Below, piece by piece: positions 46,936-56,185 of a DNA stretch of 64,000 nucleotides (position 1 is the stretch's first letter; each line of letters begins with the position of its first letter). The notes beneath the pieces are model-generated. The model ran no database searches. It saw only the letters and a program-made list of their open reading frames with translations, and was not told where the DNA came from. Made by a program: the position numbers and the translations under genes. Origin of the DNA: an uncultured Pseudomonadales bacterium (GTDB lineage Bacteria > Pseudomonadota > Gammaproteobacteria > Pseudomonadales > JAUIET01); the NCBI GenBank assembly GCA_964544755.1, contig CAZJDL010000003.1, positions 6,959-70,958 on the forward strand, given 5' to 3'.

Positions 46936-47411
46936 ATTATTTTGACCGGTTCTTGCAGCTCAAACAACGCGAGCAGTGGGTGCTGGTGATTGGCTCGGCG
47001 GTCGTGCTGCTTTATATTTTCTTTATTCTGCTGTGGCGGCCGCTGCAGAACGGCAACGAACAACTACTGTTGCGCAATGCAGAAGCCGCAAAGGCGCTCG
47101 AGTGGATGCATGCCAGCGCTGCGACCCTGCAGGCGGACGCGCAACAACAGCGCAAGGGCAATCCGGCGAGCAACGCAAATTTACCGCAGTTGCTGGATAG
47201 AAGCGTTTCAAAATTCGGCATGCAATTCAGCCGTTTTCAACCGAAGGGCGGTAACAAGGCGCAAGTATGGTTCGACGCCATCGAGTTCGCAGCGCTGGTC
47301 GCCTGGCTCGACGAGCTGGGTAAGAAAAAAGTCTACGCCACCAGCGTGAGCCTCAATAGCACGCAGCAAACTGGCCACGTTAACGCCAGCGTCGCTTTGC
47401 AACAGTTTTAG
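46932..47411 (+). CDS. gspM: type II secretion system protein GspM
   Basis: 159 aa, with an N-terminal TM helix (WVLVIGSAVVLLYIFFILLW). ATGA overlap with gspL. Confidence 0.85.
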   Translation: MNYFDRFLQLKQREQWVLVIGSAVVLLYIFFILLWRPLQNGNEQLLLRNAEAAKALEWMHASAATLQADAQQQRKGNPASNANLPQLLDRSVSKFGMQFSRFQPKGGNKAQVWFDAIEFAALVAWLDELGKKKVYATSVSLNSTQQTGHVNASVALQQF

Positions 47412-47415
47412 CGCG

Positions 47416-48207
47416 GTGCGGGCATTAAGTTTACCGTCGAGCTTGCAGGCTTACCGCCGCTTCAGCCTGCCGATTATTCTGCTGTTAGTGCTGCTGTTGA
47501 TCTTCAGCATGCCGGCGCGGGTATTCCTGTCTTTTATTGATATCACTCAGTTCGGCTTATATGCGCAAGGAGTGAGTGGTCCGTGGTACGCCGCCAGGGC
47601 CGGGCGAGTGCGGCTGCAGACGCCCACTGTGGCGGTCGAGCTGACGCATGTGAAATGGCGCGTGAAGCCGCTGGCGTTGCTGCGTGGGCGTTTTATGCTG
47701 GCGCTTGACGCCGAGTTTGCCCAGCGCCCGGTGAAGGCGGTAGTGGGCGCCGGGCTTGATGGACGCGTATTCGTGCAGCATCTGACCGCCGCCGTGCCAA
47801 TGCGGGAGTTAGCGCCGCTGATGACACAGCTGATAGTTCCCCTCGACGGCCAAATCAACCTGCAAGATGTTTCCCTGCAGCTGCGGCGGCGCTGGCCGGA
47901 AGAGCTGCGCGGCAAGGTGTTGTTGACCGATGTGGCGTTGACACTACCTACCCAGTTGCTCAAGGTGGGTGATGTGTTAATCGGCCTTGGAAAGCAGAAC
48001 GAAGACATTCTATTGGCCATTATCGAAAACAGCGGTCCGCTGCATCTGGGTGGCCAGCTCACACTGGCGGCTGAGCGCGGCTTCGAGCTGCGGCTAAACA
48101 GCACGCCTGGAGAGCAACTGAGTCCTGAATTGCGTATGCAAATGCAGGCGATGCTTGGCAATCCGGTCAACGGCCAATTCAATTTTCGCTACCGAGGTGC
48201 CTGGTAA
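47416..48207 (+). CDS. gspN: type II secretion system protein GspN
   Basis: 263 aa with an N-terminal TM helix. Last gene of the gsp operon. GTG start 4 nt after the gspM stop. Assigned mainly by position and size. Confidence 0.7.
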   Translation: MRALSLPSSLQAYRRFSLPIILLLVLLLIFSMPARVFLSFIDITQFGLYAQGVSGPWYAARAGRVRLQTPTVAVELTHVKWRVKPLALLRGRFMLALDAEFAQRPVKAVVGAGLDGRVFVQHLTAAVPMRELAPLMTQLIVPLDGQINLQDVSLQLRRRWPEELRGKVLLTDVALTLPTQLLKVGDVLIGLGKQNEDILLAIIENSGPLHLGGQLTLAAERGFELRLNSTPGEQLSPELRMQMQAMLGNPVNGQFNFRYRGAW

Positions 48208-48345
48208 TCCAGCCATTCTGATCACGACCCGATGACCTGGGTGGCGCGCCGCTGGTTAAACTTTCAGCAAAAAATGGTAAAAATACAGATTTTGTGGTGA
48301 ATTCTGCCGCTGCAGTCACGCGCAAAACAAGGTAAATTATAGGTT

Positions 48346-51294
48346 ATGTGTTTCCATGAACTGAATAAACGTCTACCTAGTGTTGCTGCTACTTTGCTGC
48401 TGACAGCCGTGCTGGCGGGTTGCGGCAGTAGTAATAGCGGCGATTCGCTGGCAATCGACGAAGGCGACAAATCCAGTGGTGATTTCAAAATCGCCTATGT
48501 GAAGCGCTCGGTCGATTCGGTTGGCAATCCGACCGACGCCGGCCGCTTTCGCGCCGGCGGTGATTTGTTTATCCGAGACTTGTCGGCGGGTGCCGCCGAC
48601 GAGACCAATATTACCGGCGCATTAACCAACGGCACTGGCGACGTGTCTGACCTGGAAGTTTCTTACGACGGCACCCGGTTGGTGTTTTCAATGTGTTTTG
48701 ACGACCACACCTGGGACATCTGGGAGTATAACGTCGACACTGGCGAGCTGCGCCCGATTATTGCCGACGACGCGATTGCCGATCAAGGCGACGATCACGA
48801 CCCGGTCTATCTGCCCGATGGCCGCATTGTATTTTCTTCCAATCGGCAGACCCGCAGCGCCTTCCTGCAGTTTCAGCAAGGTATTCCGCGGCCCTATAAA
48901 TACCGCGATGAATACCAGCGCGAAGCCACCTCTGCATTACACGTGATGAACCCCGACGGCAGCAACATACGCCAGCTTTCATTCAACCAGAGCCACGACC
49001 GCAACCCCACCGTGTTGCGCAGTGGTGAAATAATGTACGCGCGCTGGGACCACTTCGGCAATCGCAATCATATGCCGGTCTATACAATGAACCCGGATGG
49101 CACCAATGTGTCGCTGTTATACGGCGCATTCAGCGGCGTAAATAGCTTGCCGCACCCGCGCGAAATGGCCAACGGCAACATCCTCAGCACGGCCATGCCA
49201 CTGGCTTCCACCTACGAGGGTGGCGCGCTAATGGAGATTGACGTCAAAAATTTCCTTGAGATCGACCAGCGGGCGCCGGTCGACAGCACTGCACCCGGCT
49301 TTGACCCCAACCTGTTGCCGGCGGAAGACGCCGAAGGGCAACGGCAGGTCACTTTTAATCCAATCAATACCAATAAAGGCATTTCCGGGGGAGGGCGTTA
49401 TAGCGCACCGCACCCGCTGTGGGACGGTAGCAACCGCGCGCTGGTGGCCTGGTCGCCGACCCAGCCCGAAGAAGTGATGAACGTGATCACCGGCGAACTG
49501 GAAATGCAAGAAGGGTTGCCCGTGTATGGCCTTTATATGCTCGATCTGAATGACCAGTCTCAGCAACCGATCGTATTGGCGGAAATTGGCTCGGGTCAGT
49601 CTGTGGTTGAGGGCGTGGCCATCCAGCCGCGCTCGCCGGCCGATGTGCCCGCGGTCATCGCCGACCCGGACCTGAGCGGCGATCTGTCTGATCGGGGCAT
49701 GGCCGTTTTAAACATAAAAAGCGTATACGATACCGATGGGCTGGGCAGCATGGGCGAGAGCATGCTGGTCGGCAATGAAGCCATACCGCAGCGACTGGCA
49801 CCGGCAGGCGACAGCCGCGAGACGATCGCTGATCTTGGCCAACTTAAAGATCCGACCTCGGTGTTTCGCAATGACCCGGCGCTTAAAAGGCCGGCGCGTT
49901 TCGTGCGTGTGACCAAAGCGGTAGCGACCCCGCCGGCCATGAACAAAGATACGATCAGCGCCAACGACATGGAAATGCAGCAAATCGTGGGTTACGGCGA
50001 GGTTGAGCCGGACGGATCGGTGAAAATAGAAGTACCGGCAGAAACCGCGGTCGCTATCAGCGTGCTCGACGACCAGGGTCGGGCCATTCAGGTGCATACC
50101 AATTGGCTGCATTTGCAGCGCGGTGAAGAGTTGACCTGTAACGGTTGCCATTCGCCGCGCCGTGGCACGCCGATCAACGGCCCCGGTTTTACCGGCGATC
50201 ACCCAAATACGACTGCCGCTGGTTTGGCTGAAGAAGGCGAGACCATGGCGGAAACGCGCGGCCGCCTTAACCCCGCTGCCTTGCAGCCCATGCAAGACAT
50301 ACTATTCCGCGATTTTTGGTCGGACGCAACCACGCCCACCGCGCCGGAGCCCGACATTACCTTTGACTATTCGCTGCTCACTACGGCGGCTCCCGCCGAT
50401 GGTCTGATCAACTACCCCGAGCATATTCAACCGCTGTGGAACAAAGCCTGCGTGTCCTGCCATAGTGCTGGCGCGCCGGCCGCGGGGCTCGATCTTGGCG
50501 CCGCCATCGACCAATCCGTCGGCGGCAACGGCCGCATGACTTCCTATAACGAACTGACGGTGGGTGAGCCGCTCACGGGGGCGGGCGGTTTACCCGCCGT
50601 TGTTCAAGTCGATGGCAATATTGACATCGAGCGTGACCCGGCAATCGTTGAACAGGGCGGTTCTGCCGATGGCAGTCGGGCCAGCCGCCTGATCGAACTG
50701 CTCTATGGTGAAGAGCTGCGCGCCGCGCTGGGCCTCAACGGCGACAGCATTCATCCGGGTTTGCTGAATGCTTCCGAGCGGCGCCTGGTGACTGAATGGG
50801 TGGACCTCGGTGCGCAATATGTCAACACGCCGTTTGAGCGCGGGCCGAACAACCCGGACGGCTCGCTTGGCGATCTGTTGTTAGGCACATTTCGCGCTAC
50901 GGCGCCGACCTTGGACGGCGCCGAATTTACCGATCGCGTATACCCCATACTGATAGATCGTTGCGCAGATTGTCACCAGCCACGCGGCGATGCCAGCGTA
51001 CAAGCACCCGCGGCGGCTAACCTCGGCCCCGGCGGTTTTATTCTTACCGGCGACGCCAGGGGCGATCTCAATATTACCCTGGCGATGATTGCCGACGGCG
51101 CCGACCCTGCCGCTACTGCGTTGCTGGCCAGGGCCGCCTCCAATGGGGCGACGGGTAACCCGGTGCATCCGTTGATATTTGACCCGGTGGCGGGCCAGGT
51201 ACCCGTGCTGTCGGCTGATGGGGCGAATGATCCGAACAGCAGTAATGCCGACTATCAGGCCATATTTGACTGGATCAGCAACGTCGGGCAATAG
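48346..51294 (+). CDS. large lipoprotein with TolB-like (PD40) beta-propeller repeats and three CXXCH motifs (two in Planctomycete-cytochrome-C-like context)
   Basis: Lipobox LLLTAVLAG|CGSS. PD40-like repeats (YDGTRLVFS, YLPDGRIVFSSNR, MNPDGSNIRQLSF, MNPDGTNVSLLY). CNGCH at nt 50137-50151, CVSCH at 50449-50463 (IQPLWNKACVSCHS) and CADCH at 50962-50976 (VYPILIDRCADCHQ). Confidence 0.8.
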   Translation: MCFHELNKRLPSVAATLLLTAVLAGCGSSNSGDSLAIDEGDKSSGDFKIAYVKRSVDSVGNPTDAGRFRAGGDLFIRDLSAGAADETNITGALTNGTGDVSDLEVSYDGTRLVFSMCFDDHTWDIWEYNVDTGELRPIIADDAIADQGDDHDPVYLPDGRIVFSSNRQTRSAFLQFQQGIPRPYKYRDEYQREATSALHVMNPDGSNIRQLSFNQSHDRNPTVLRSGEIMYARWDHFGNRNHMPVYTMNPDGTNVSLLYGAFSGVNSLPHPREMANGNILSTAMPLASTYEGGALMEIDVKNFLEIDQRAPVDSTAPGFDPNLLPAEDAEGQRQVTFNPINTNKGISGGGRYSAPHPLWDGSNRALVAWSPTQPEEVMNVITGELEMQEGLPVYGLYMLDLNDQSQQPIVLAEIGSGQSVVEGVAIQPRSPADVPAVIADPDLSGDLSDRGMAVLNIKSVYDTDGLGSMGESMLVGNEAIPQRLAPAGDSRETIADLGQLKDPTSVFRNDPALKRPARFVRVTKAVATPPAMNKDTISANDMEMQQIVGYGEVEPDGSVKIEVPAETAVAISVLDDQGRAIQVHTNWLHLQRGEELTCNGCHSPRRGTPINGPGFTGDHPNTTAAGLAEEGETMAETRGRLNPAALQPMQDILFRDFWSDATTPTAPEPDITFDYSLLTTAAPADGLINYPEHIQPLWNKACVSCHSAGAPAAGLDLGAAIDQSVGGNGRMTSYNELTVGEPLTGAGGLPAVVQVDGNIDIERDPAIVEQGGSADGSRASRLIELLYGEELRAALGLNGDSIHPGLLNASERRLVTEWVDLGAQYVNTPFERGPNNPDGSLGDLLLGTFRATAPTLDGAEFTDRVYPILIDRCADCHQPRGDASVQAPAAANLGPGGFILTGDARGDLNITLAMIADGADPAATALLARAASNGATGNPVHPLIFDPVAGQVPVLSADGANDPNSSNADYQAIFDWISNVGQ

Positions 51295-51612
51295 CGAACG
51301 ACACTCAACCCGGTATGTGTCGCGCAGCGTTTTTGGCGTGGCGAAAGCGGCAATATTACCAACGTACGGCACCATTTATGTGCGCTTTTTTTGCGCGCCA
51401 ATTATTTGTGATGCTGTACCATAGCCGTTTTATGTGGCGCGGGTTTTTGCCGCGCCATGAGCGTCACGCTACTACTAATATAATGTGTTTACAGGAAAGC
51501 CAGCCATCGATCTTCAAACCAGCGACACGCGACTACCCGATTCTGGCATGCAGCAGCGGTGCTTTTTCGCCGTGCCAGCCGCTAACGATTTGTTCAATTT
51601 CATTGCCGACTT

Positions 51613-51655
51613 AGTGTCCCGTGGCGAATAAACTGTTTATTCGCCACGGGACACT
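51613..51655. repeat. perfect 20-bp-stem palindrome (43 nt) in the spacer before the beta-barrel/TPR locus
   Basis: agtgtcccgtggcgaataaa-ctg-tttattcgccacgggacact. All 20 pairs checked base by base as Watson-Crick. No adjacent T-tract. Confidence 0.85.
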
Positions 51656-51708
51656 GGCCTTAATTTGTTCGCGCCCCGATTGCACTGCCTGTTAGGCATT
51701 CACCGCAC

Positions 51709-52446
51709 ATGAATTATCGTCTCTGGAACGCGTCTATTTTTTTGCTTGCCTTTTTGCTGCCGCAATTCGTGCAGGCTCAGCCGCTACTGCTCGTCGTGCA
51801 GGAAGTTTACATCGACTTGCATACGGGCCCCGGCCGCGGCTTTCCCCGCCAATTCGCCGTCGAACGTGGCGCCACTATCCGCGTGATCAAACAACGCACC
51901 GATTGGGTCAAGATCCAGACTGAGCGCGGCAGTAGCGGCTGGGTAAAAAGTAGCGCTTTGGAAAAAACGCTGACCACGGCGGGCCTGCCGGTACGACTCA
52001 GCCGCACGCGCTTTAGCGATTATCGGCAGCAGCGCTTCGAACTGGGCGTCGGCGGGGGTTACTACGCGGCTGAACCCGAGGTTTTCGCGCGCGCCGGTTA
52101 CCGTTGGTCGAAAATTTTCAGCACCGAATTGGGTGTCGCGCAGGTGACAGGCGATTTCTCCAATTCGAAATTGATTATGGTTAATGTTCTGACCCAGCCC
52201 TTCCAGTGGGAGCGCTGGTCGCCGTTTTTAAGCCTCGGCATTGGGCGCAACTATAACAATCCCAATCGCAGCCTGATTAACGCTGAAAAAACAGACAGTG
52301 ATTTTTTTAATTTTGGTTTGGGAACGCGTTTCTATTTAACGCGATCTTTAGTGGTCAGGGCGGAATATAAACGCTATAACTTAGTAGAAGGCGATGAAAA
52401 TGATGGTCAGAATGAATACAACATCGGCTTATCCTTCTTCTTTTAA
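51709..52446 (+). CDS. outer-membrane beta-barrel protein with N-terminal SH3-like domain
   Basis: Signal peptide MNYRLWNASIFLLAFLLPQFVQA. SH3b-like segment (IDLHTGPGRGFPRQFAVERGATIRVIKQRTDWVKIQTERGSSGWVKSSAL). Beta-strand-pattern C-terminal half ending YNIGLSFFF (OMP C-terminal Phe). Confidence 0.8.
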   Translation: MNYRLWNASIFLLAFLLPQFVQAQPLLLVVQEVYIDLHTGPGRGFPRQFAVERGATIRVIKQRTDWVKIQTERGSSGWVKSSALEKTLTTAGLPVRLSRTRFSDYRQQRFELGVGGGYYAAEPEVFARAGYRWSKIFSTELGVAQVTGDFSNSKLIMVNVLTQPFQWERWSPFLSLGIGRNYNNPNRSLINAEKTDSDFFNFGLGTRFYLTRSLVVRAEYKRYNLVEGDENDGQNEYNIGLSFFF

Positions 52447-52449
52447 AGG

Positions 52450-53094
52450 GTGGGGCAAGTTGTGAAGACGTTCACGTTTTTGTGTATGGTAGCGCTGGTC
52501 TATTCGCTGAATAGCGCTGCGCAAGAGCTGCCGGAAGCGAATGAGAGTGAAGTTATTCCGTCTGACATGGAGCGCGAAGAATATACGGTGCCGAAAATCG
52601 ACACCGAGAATTTTGAGGTCGGCCTGCATTATGGCGGTCTCAATATAGATGATTTCAACACATCGGGGTCTTACGGTGTGTTTTTGGATTATCACGTGAC
52701 GGAAGATGCTTTTATTGAGCTTAACTATGGTCAAGCCGAGGTGCTGGATACGCCGTTCCGGCGCATTGGAGCGCCTATCTTTCCGCAGCAGAAGGAAGAC
52801 ATCAAGTATTACAACTTGTCGGTGGGTATCAACGTGTTGCCAGGGGAGATATTTATTCTCGACAAATACGTGCTCGGTTCCACTTTTTATGTGATCAGTG
52901 GCCTGGGCAATACCGAGTTTGTCGGCGACGACAAGTTTACGTTTAACCTCGGTTTTGGTATTCGCTTGCTGCTAACGGATTCGATCAGCTTGCGGGCCGA
53001 AGCGCGGGACTTGATGTTCGACAATGACATTTTGGGCAAAGAAGAACTAAAACATAATTTTGAATTCAGGGCCGGAGTGAGTTTCTTTTTTTAG
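52450..53094 (+). CDS. outer-membrane beta-barrel domain protein
   Basis: Signal peptide (FTFLCMVALVYSLNSAAQ). Alternating strand pattern, C-terminus FEFRAGVSFFF. GTG start; an alternative GTG lies at 52462. Confidence 0.78.
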   Translation: MGQVVKTFTFLCMVALVYSLNSAAQELPEANESEVIPSDMEREEYTVPKIDTENFEVGLHYGGLNIDDFNTSGSYGVFLDYHVTEDAFIELNYGQAEVLDTPFRRIGAPIFPQQKEDIKYYNLSVGINVLPGEIFILDKYVLGSTFYVISGLGNTEFVGDDKFTFNLGFGIRLLLTDSISLRAEARDLMFDNDILGKEELKHNFEFRAGVSFFF

Positions 53095-53111
53095 TAGTAT
53101 GAGGTTTTGGT

Positions 53112-53624
53112 ATGCAAACATTCACAAAGTTGCGCTCCGGTGCGTGCAAGGTTTTGTTGGTCGCGGCGCTTAGTCTGCCGCATATTAGTTCGGCGACGCA
53201 GCAGTTGCAGCCGGCGCCTAATTTCACGTTACCCAGTATCGACGGCGCTAATTTACGGCTTAGCGAATATCGTGGCGACGTCGTGATGGTCAATTTCTGG
53301 GCAACCTGGTGTGGTCCGTGCCGGCAGGAAATGCCGCTGCTGGACAAAATGTATAAGCGCTACAAGAAAGCTGGTTTCACCCTGTTGGGCGTCAATGTAG
53401 AGAAGGACCGCGCCAAAGCACAACGCGTTGCCAAGCAGCTCAATGTCAGCTTCCCGATATTGTTCGACTCGGCACAGCAGGTTGTTGACTCCTACAAGGT
53501 AGGATCCATGCCGAGTACGGTACTGGTCGACCGTGACGGTAATATCCGTTACGTACACCTGGGTTACAAAGCCGGCGACGAAAAACTGTACAGCAAAATG
53601 GTCAAAGAGTTATTGATAGAATGA
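53112..53624 (+). CDS. TlpA/ResA-like periplasmic thiol:disulfide oxidoreductase
   Basis: Signal peptide. Thioredoxin-fold active site VNFWATWCGPCRQEMP. Downstream GVN......A and PSTVLVDRDGNI motifs. Confidence 0.88.
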   Translation: MQTFTKLRSGACKVLLVAALSLPHISSATQQLQPAPNFTLPSIDGANLRLSEYRGDVVMVNFWATWCGPCRQEMPLLDKMYKRYKKAGFTLLGVNVEKDRAKAQRVAKQLNVSFPILFDSAQQVVDSYKVGSMPSTVLVDRDGNIRYVHLGYKAGDEKLYSKMVKELLIE

Positions 53625-53733
53625 CGTTTTAACCTAGCTGTCGCGCGCGTCGTTTCAGCGTCGCGAGACTGCCTCGCGGCTCTGCTGCTGCGGTGCAAAA
53701 AGTACTGATTTAGCCATTTAAACGGAAGCCACT

Positions 53734-54243
53734 ATGTCGAAGTTTTTGATGACCACATTGCTGCTGCTGAGTTATTGCGTTAGCGCGCAAGACGAGACCG
53801 CCAGCGTGGCCGATCAGGTTCAAGACCTGAAGCAAACGGTGATCAAGCTGAATCGGGATTTATTCATTCTGGAAGAAGAGCTGTTGTTTCCCGCTAATAC
53901 TCAGGTTGCGTTTTTTGTGTCGATGGACGTTGGCGAATTTTTTCAGCTCGATACCTTGCAGCTAAAAATCGACAATAAAACCGTCGCCAATTACTTGTAC
54001 ACCGACCGCCAGATCGACGCCCTGTTTCGTGGCGGGGTGCAGCGTTTGTTTGTCGGCAACGTGCGCAACGGTGACCATGAGATCAGCGCATTTTTTACCG
54101 GCCGTGGGCCCAAGGGTCGCGACTACAAGCGCGCGACCAGCTATCGCTTCACCAAAGACAGCGACGCGAAATACCTTGAACTTAAAATCAAGGATTCCGA
54201 GCGCATGCATCAGCCTGAATTTACGGTAAAAGAGTGGCAATAG
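53734..54243 (+). CDS. secreted hypothetical protein (169 aa)
   Basis: Signal peptide MSKFLMTTLLLLSYCVSAQ. Its stop lies 1 nt before the next gene's start. No family recognised. Confidence 0.7.
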   Translation: MSKFLMTTLLLLSYCVSAQDETASVADQVQDLKQTVIKLNRDLFILEEELLFPANTQVAFFVSMDVGEFFQLDTLQLKIDNKTVANYLYTDRQIDALFRGGVQRLFVGNVRNGDHEISAFFTGRGPKGRDYKRATSYRFTKDSDAKYLELKIKDSERMHQPEFTVKEWQ

Positions 54244-54244
54244 C

Positions 54245-56185
54245 GTGCTTTTTTCGCGTAACGCTATCGGCATAAACGCGCGCCCCGTTGGCCGCGGTTT
54301 ATGTTTGTTGTTGAGCGTTTGCCTGCTGGCGCTAGCGCTGCGGGCAGGCGCCGAGCAGCCCGCCGCAACGGCAAAGGCGCGCACTACGGCGCAAGACCTG
54401 GGCTACGGTGTCATGCTGTACGAATACTTCCAGCACAATTATTTGCCGGCCTTGATCGAGCTGGAAGTGGCGCGTAAGCGCGGCGGAATTCAAGGTCATG
54501 GCAGCCATCCCGATTTGATGGAAGGTGGAATCAAATTGTCATACGGCATGGACCGCAGTGCCGAAAAGATCTTTAATCGCTTGCTGGCGGACTATCCAGA
54601 CCCGGCCGTGCGCGACCAGGCCTGGTTCTATCTGGGTAAGATCGCCTACCAGCGCGCCGAGTTCGAGCGTGCCGCCAATACTTTTGACAAAATCGGTGAC
54701 CAGTTACCCGCTAATTTGCGCGACGAGTTTTTATTTCTCACCGCCAATCTGCTCATTAAGGCCGGCCAGTTAGACCGCGCCCGGCAGCGCATCGACAAGC
54801 TCGACGCCGAATCGCCGTGGCAGCCGTATGCGCGCTTTAATTTGGGGGTCGCCTATGCGGCGGAAAATCCCGATCAAGCCGGCAATGCGTCACAACAAGC
54901 CATCGCGGCGTTTGCCAAGCTGGCCGACTATGCCAAAGACAGCGATGAGCTGAAGGCGTTAAATGACCGTGCTAGCCTTGCCGCCGGTTATGTGCTGCTG
55001 CGCGCGGGCCAGCAGCCCGATGCTATCGAGGCATTCAAGCGCGTGCGCCTGCAAGGCCCTTATGCGTCGCAAGCCATGTTGGGTTACGGTTGGGCGGCGG
55101 CTGAGCTAAAAGATTATAAGCTGGCTTTAACGCCGTGGCAGCGTTTGTCCGAGCAGTCCCTGATAAGCCCCAGCGTGCAGGAATCCTTTCTCGCTGTTCC
55201 GTTTGCCTACGAACAACTGGGTGCGGAACGACAGGCGCTGGAAGAATTTGAGCGCACGGCCGCAGCCTACGAGGTCGAACTGCAACGCATCGACCAGGCG
55301 CTGGCCACCTTGCAAGACGCAGATATCATGCAACTATTTGTGCGTGAAATGGGCGCCGGAGCCAGCAACTGGATTATCACGGGCAATGACCTCGATGTTA
55401 AGCCGCAAACCCCGTATCTGGCGCATCTGATCGCACAACACGAGTTTCAGTCGGGCCTGATGGATCTGCGGGACGCGTACGCGCTGCAAGCCAACTTGCA
55501 ACACTGGGAAGATAAAGTCGCCACTTTTTCCTATGCCATTGAGAGTTATCAAATCGCGCGCGATAAAAAGCGGGATGGCGCGGACCAACGCGCCTTGAAT
55601 CAACTGCCAGAGCTTGAGCAACGGCACGATCAGTTAGCGACGCGTATTGCGGCGATCGAGAAAGGTGGCGCCGTGCTAGCCCTGCTGCCAAACGCGGAAC
55701 AGGCCAGGGTGCGCAAGCTGGCGGCCGTGCAAACCACGCTTAACGCTGCGCAGAGCAGCGGCGCTGACGCCGCTGAAGAACAACATCGACTGGATATGCT
55801 GCGTGGTGTTTTACTGTGGGAAGCGGCGGAACAGTACCCGGAAAATTTACGCGCAGCCAAGAAAGCACTGACCGACAGCGCGCTAATTCTAGACAAGGCG
55901 TCGGCGACAAAAACGCAAGTGCAGGGTCTGTTGGCAACATCCGACACGCGGCCTGCGCAGGAACGCGTGCGTGTCGGGCAACAGCAGTTGCAGGCCGCAC
56001 GTGCGCAAAGCGATCAAACCATCGCCGCCGCGCGCCGCTACCTGGCTGAGTTGGCCAGTGCTGAACTTGGTGAGCAACGGCGCAATATCACTACTTATTT
56101 GTCGCAGGCGCGGTTGGCGATTGCTCGTTTGTACGACACCGGAACCCGGCGCGCGCTTGAACCTGGCGGTGGAGGCGAGCCGTGA
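54245..56185 (+). CDS. secreted TPR/coiled-coil protein (646 aa)
   Basis: Signal peptide (LCLLLSVCLLALALRAGA). N-terminal half has TPR-like A/L/Y-rich repeats (AWFYLGKIAYQRAEFERA, ARFNLGVAY, AMLGYGWAA). C-terminal half is Q/A/L-rich coiled coil. GTG start. Confidence 0.78.
   Translation: MLFSRNAIGINARPVGRGLCLLLSVCLLALALRAGAEQPAATAKARTTAQDLGYGVMLYEYFQHNYLPALIELEVARKRGGIQGHGSHPDLMEGGIKLSYGMDRSAEKIFNRLLADYPDPAVRDQAWFYLGKIAYQRAEFERAANTFDKIGDQLPANLRDEFLFLTANLLIKAGQLDRARQRIDKLDAESPWQPYARFNLGVAYAAENPDQAGNASQQAIAAFAKLADYAKDSDELKALNDRASLAAGYVLLRAGQQPDAIEAFKRVRLQGPYASQAMLGYGWAAAELKDYKLALTPWQRLSEQSLISPSVQESFLAVPFAYEQLGAERQALEEFERTAAAYEVELQRIDQALATLQDADIMQLFVREMGAGASNWIITGNDLDVKPQTPYLAHLIAQHEFQSGLMDLRDAYALQANLQHWEDKVATFSYAIESYQIARDKKRDGADQRALNQLPELEQRHDQLATRIAAIEKGGAVLALLPNAEQARVRKLAAVQTTLNAAQSSGADAAEEQHRLDMLRGVLLWEAAEQYPENLRAAKKALTDSALILDKASATKTQVQGLLATSDTRPAQERVRVGQQQLQAARAQSDQTIAAARRYLAELASAELGEQRRNITTYLSQARLAIARLYDTGTRRALEPGGGGEP

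Noticed and set aside
51315-51614. 99-aa plus-strand ORF (and 51179-51424) in the gap after the CXXCH lipoprotein gene
   Set aside because: No RBS, a Cys/Phe/Arg-rich improbable composition, and it ends at the palindrome. I treat the region as non-coding.
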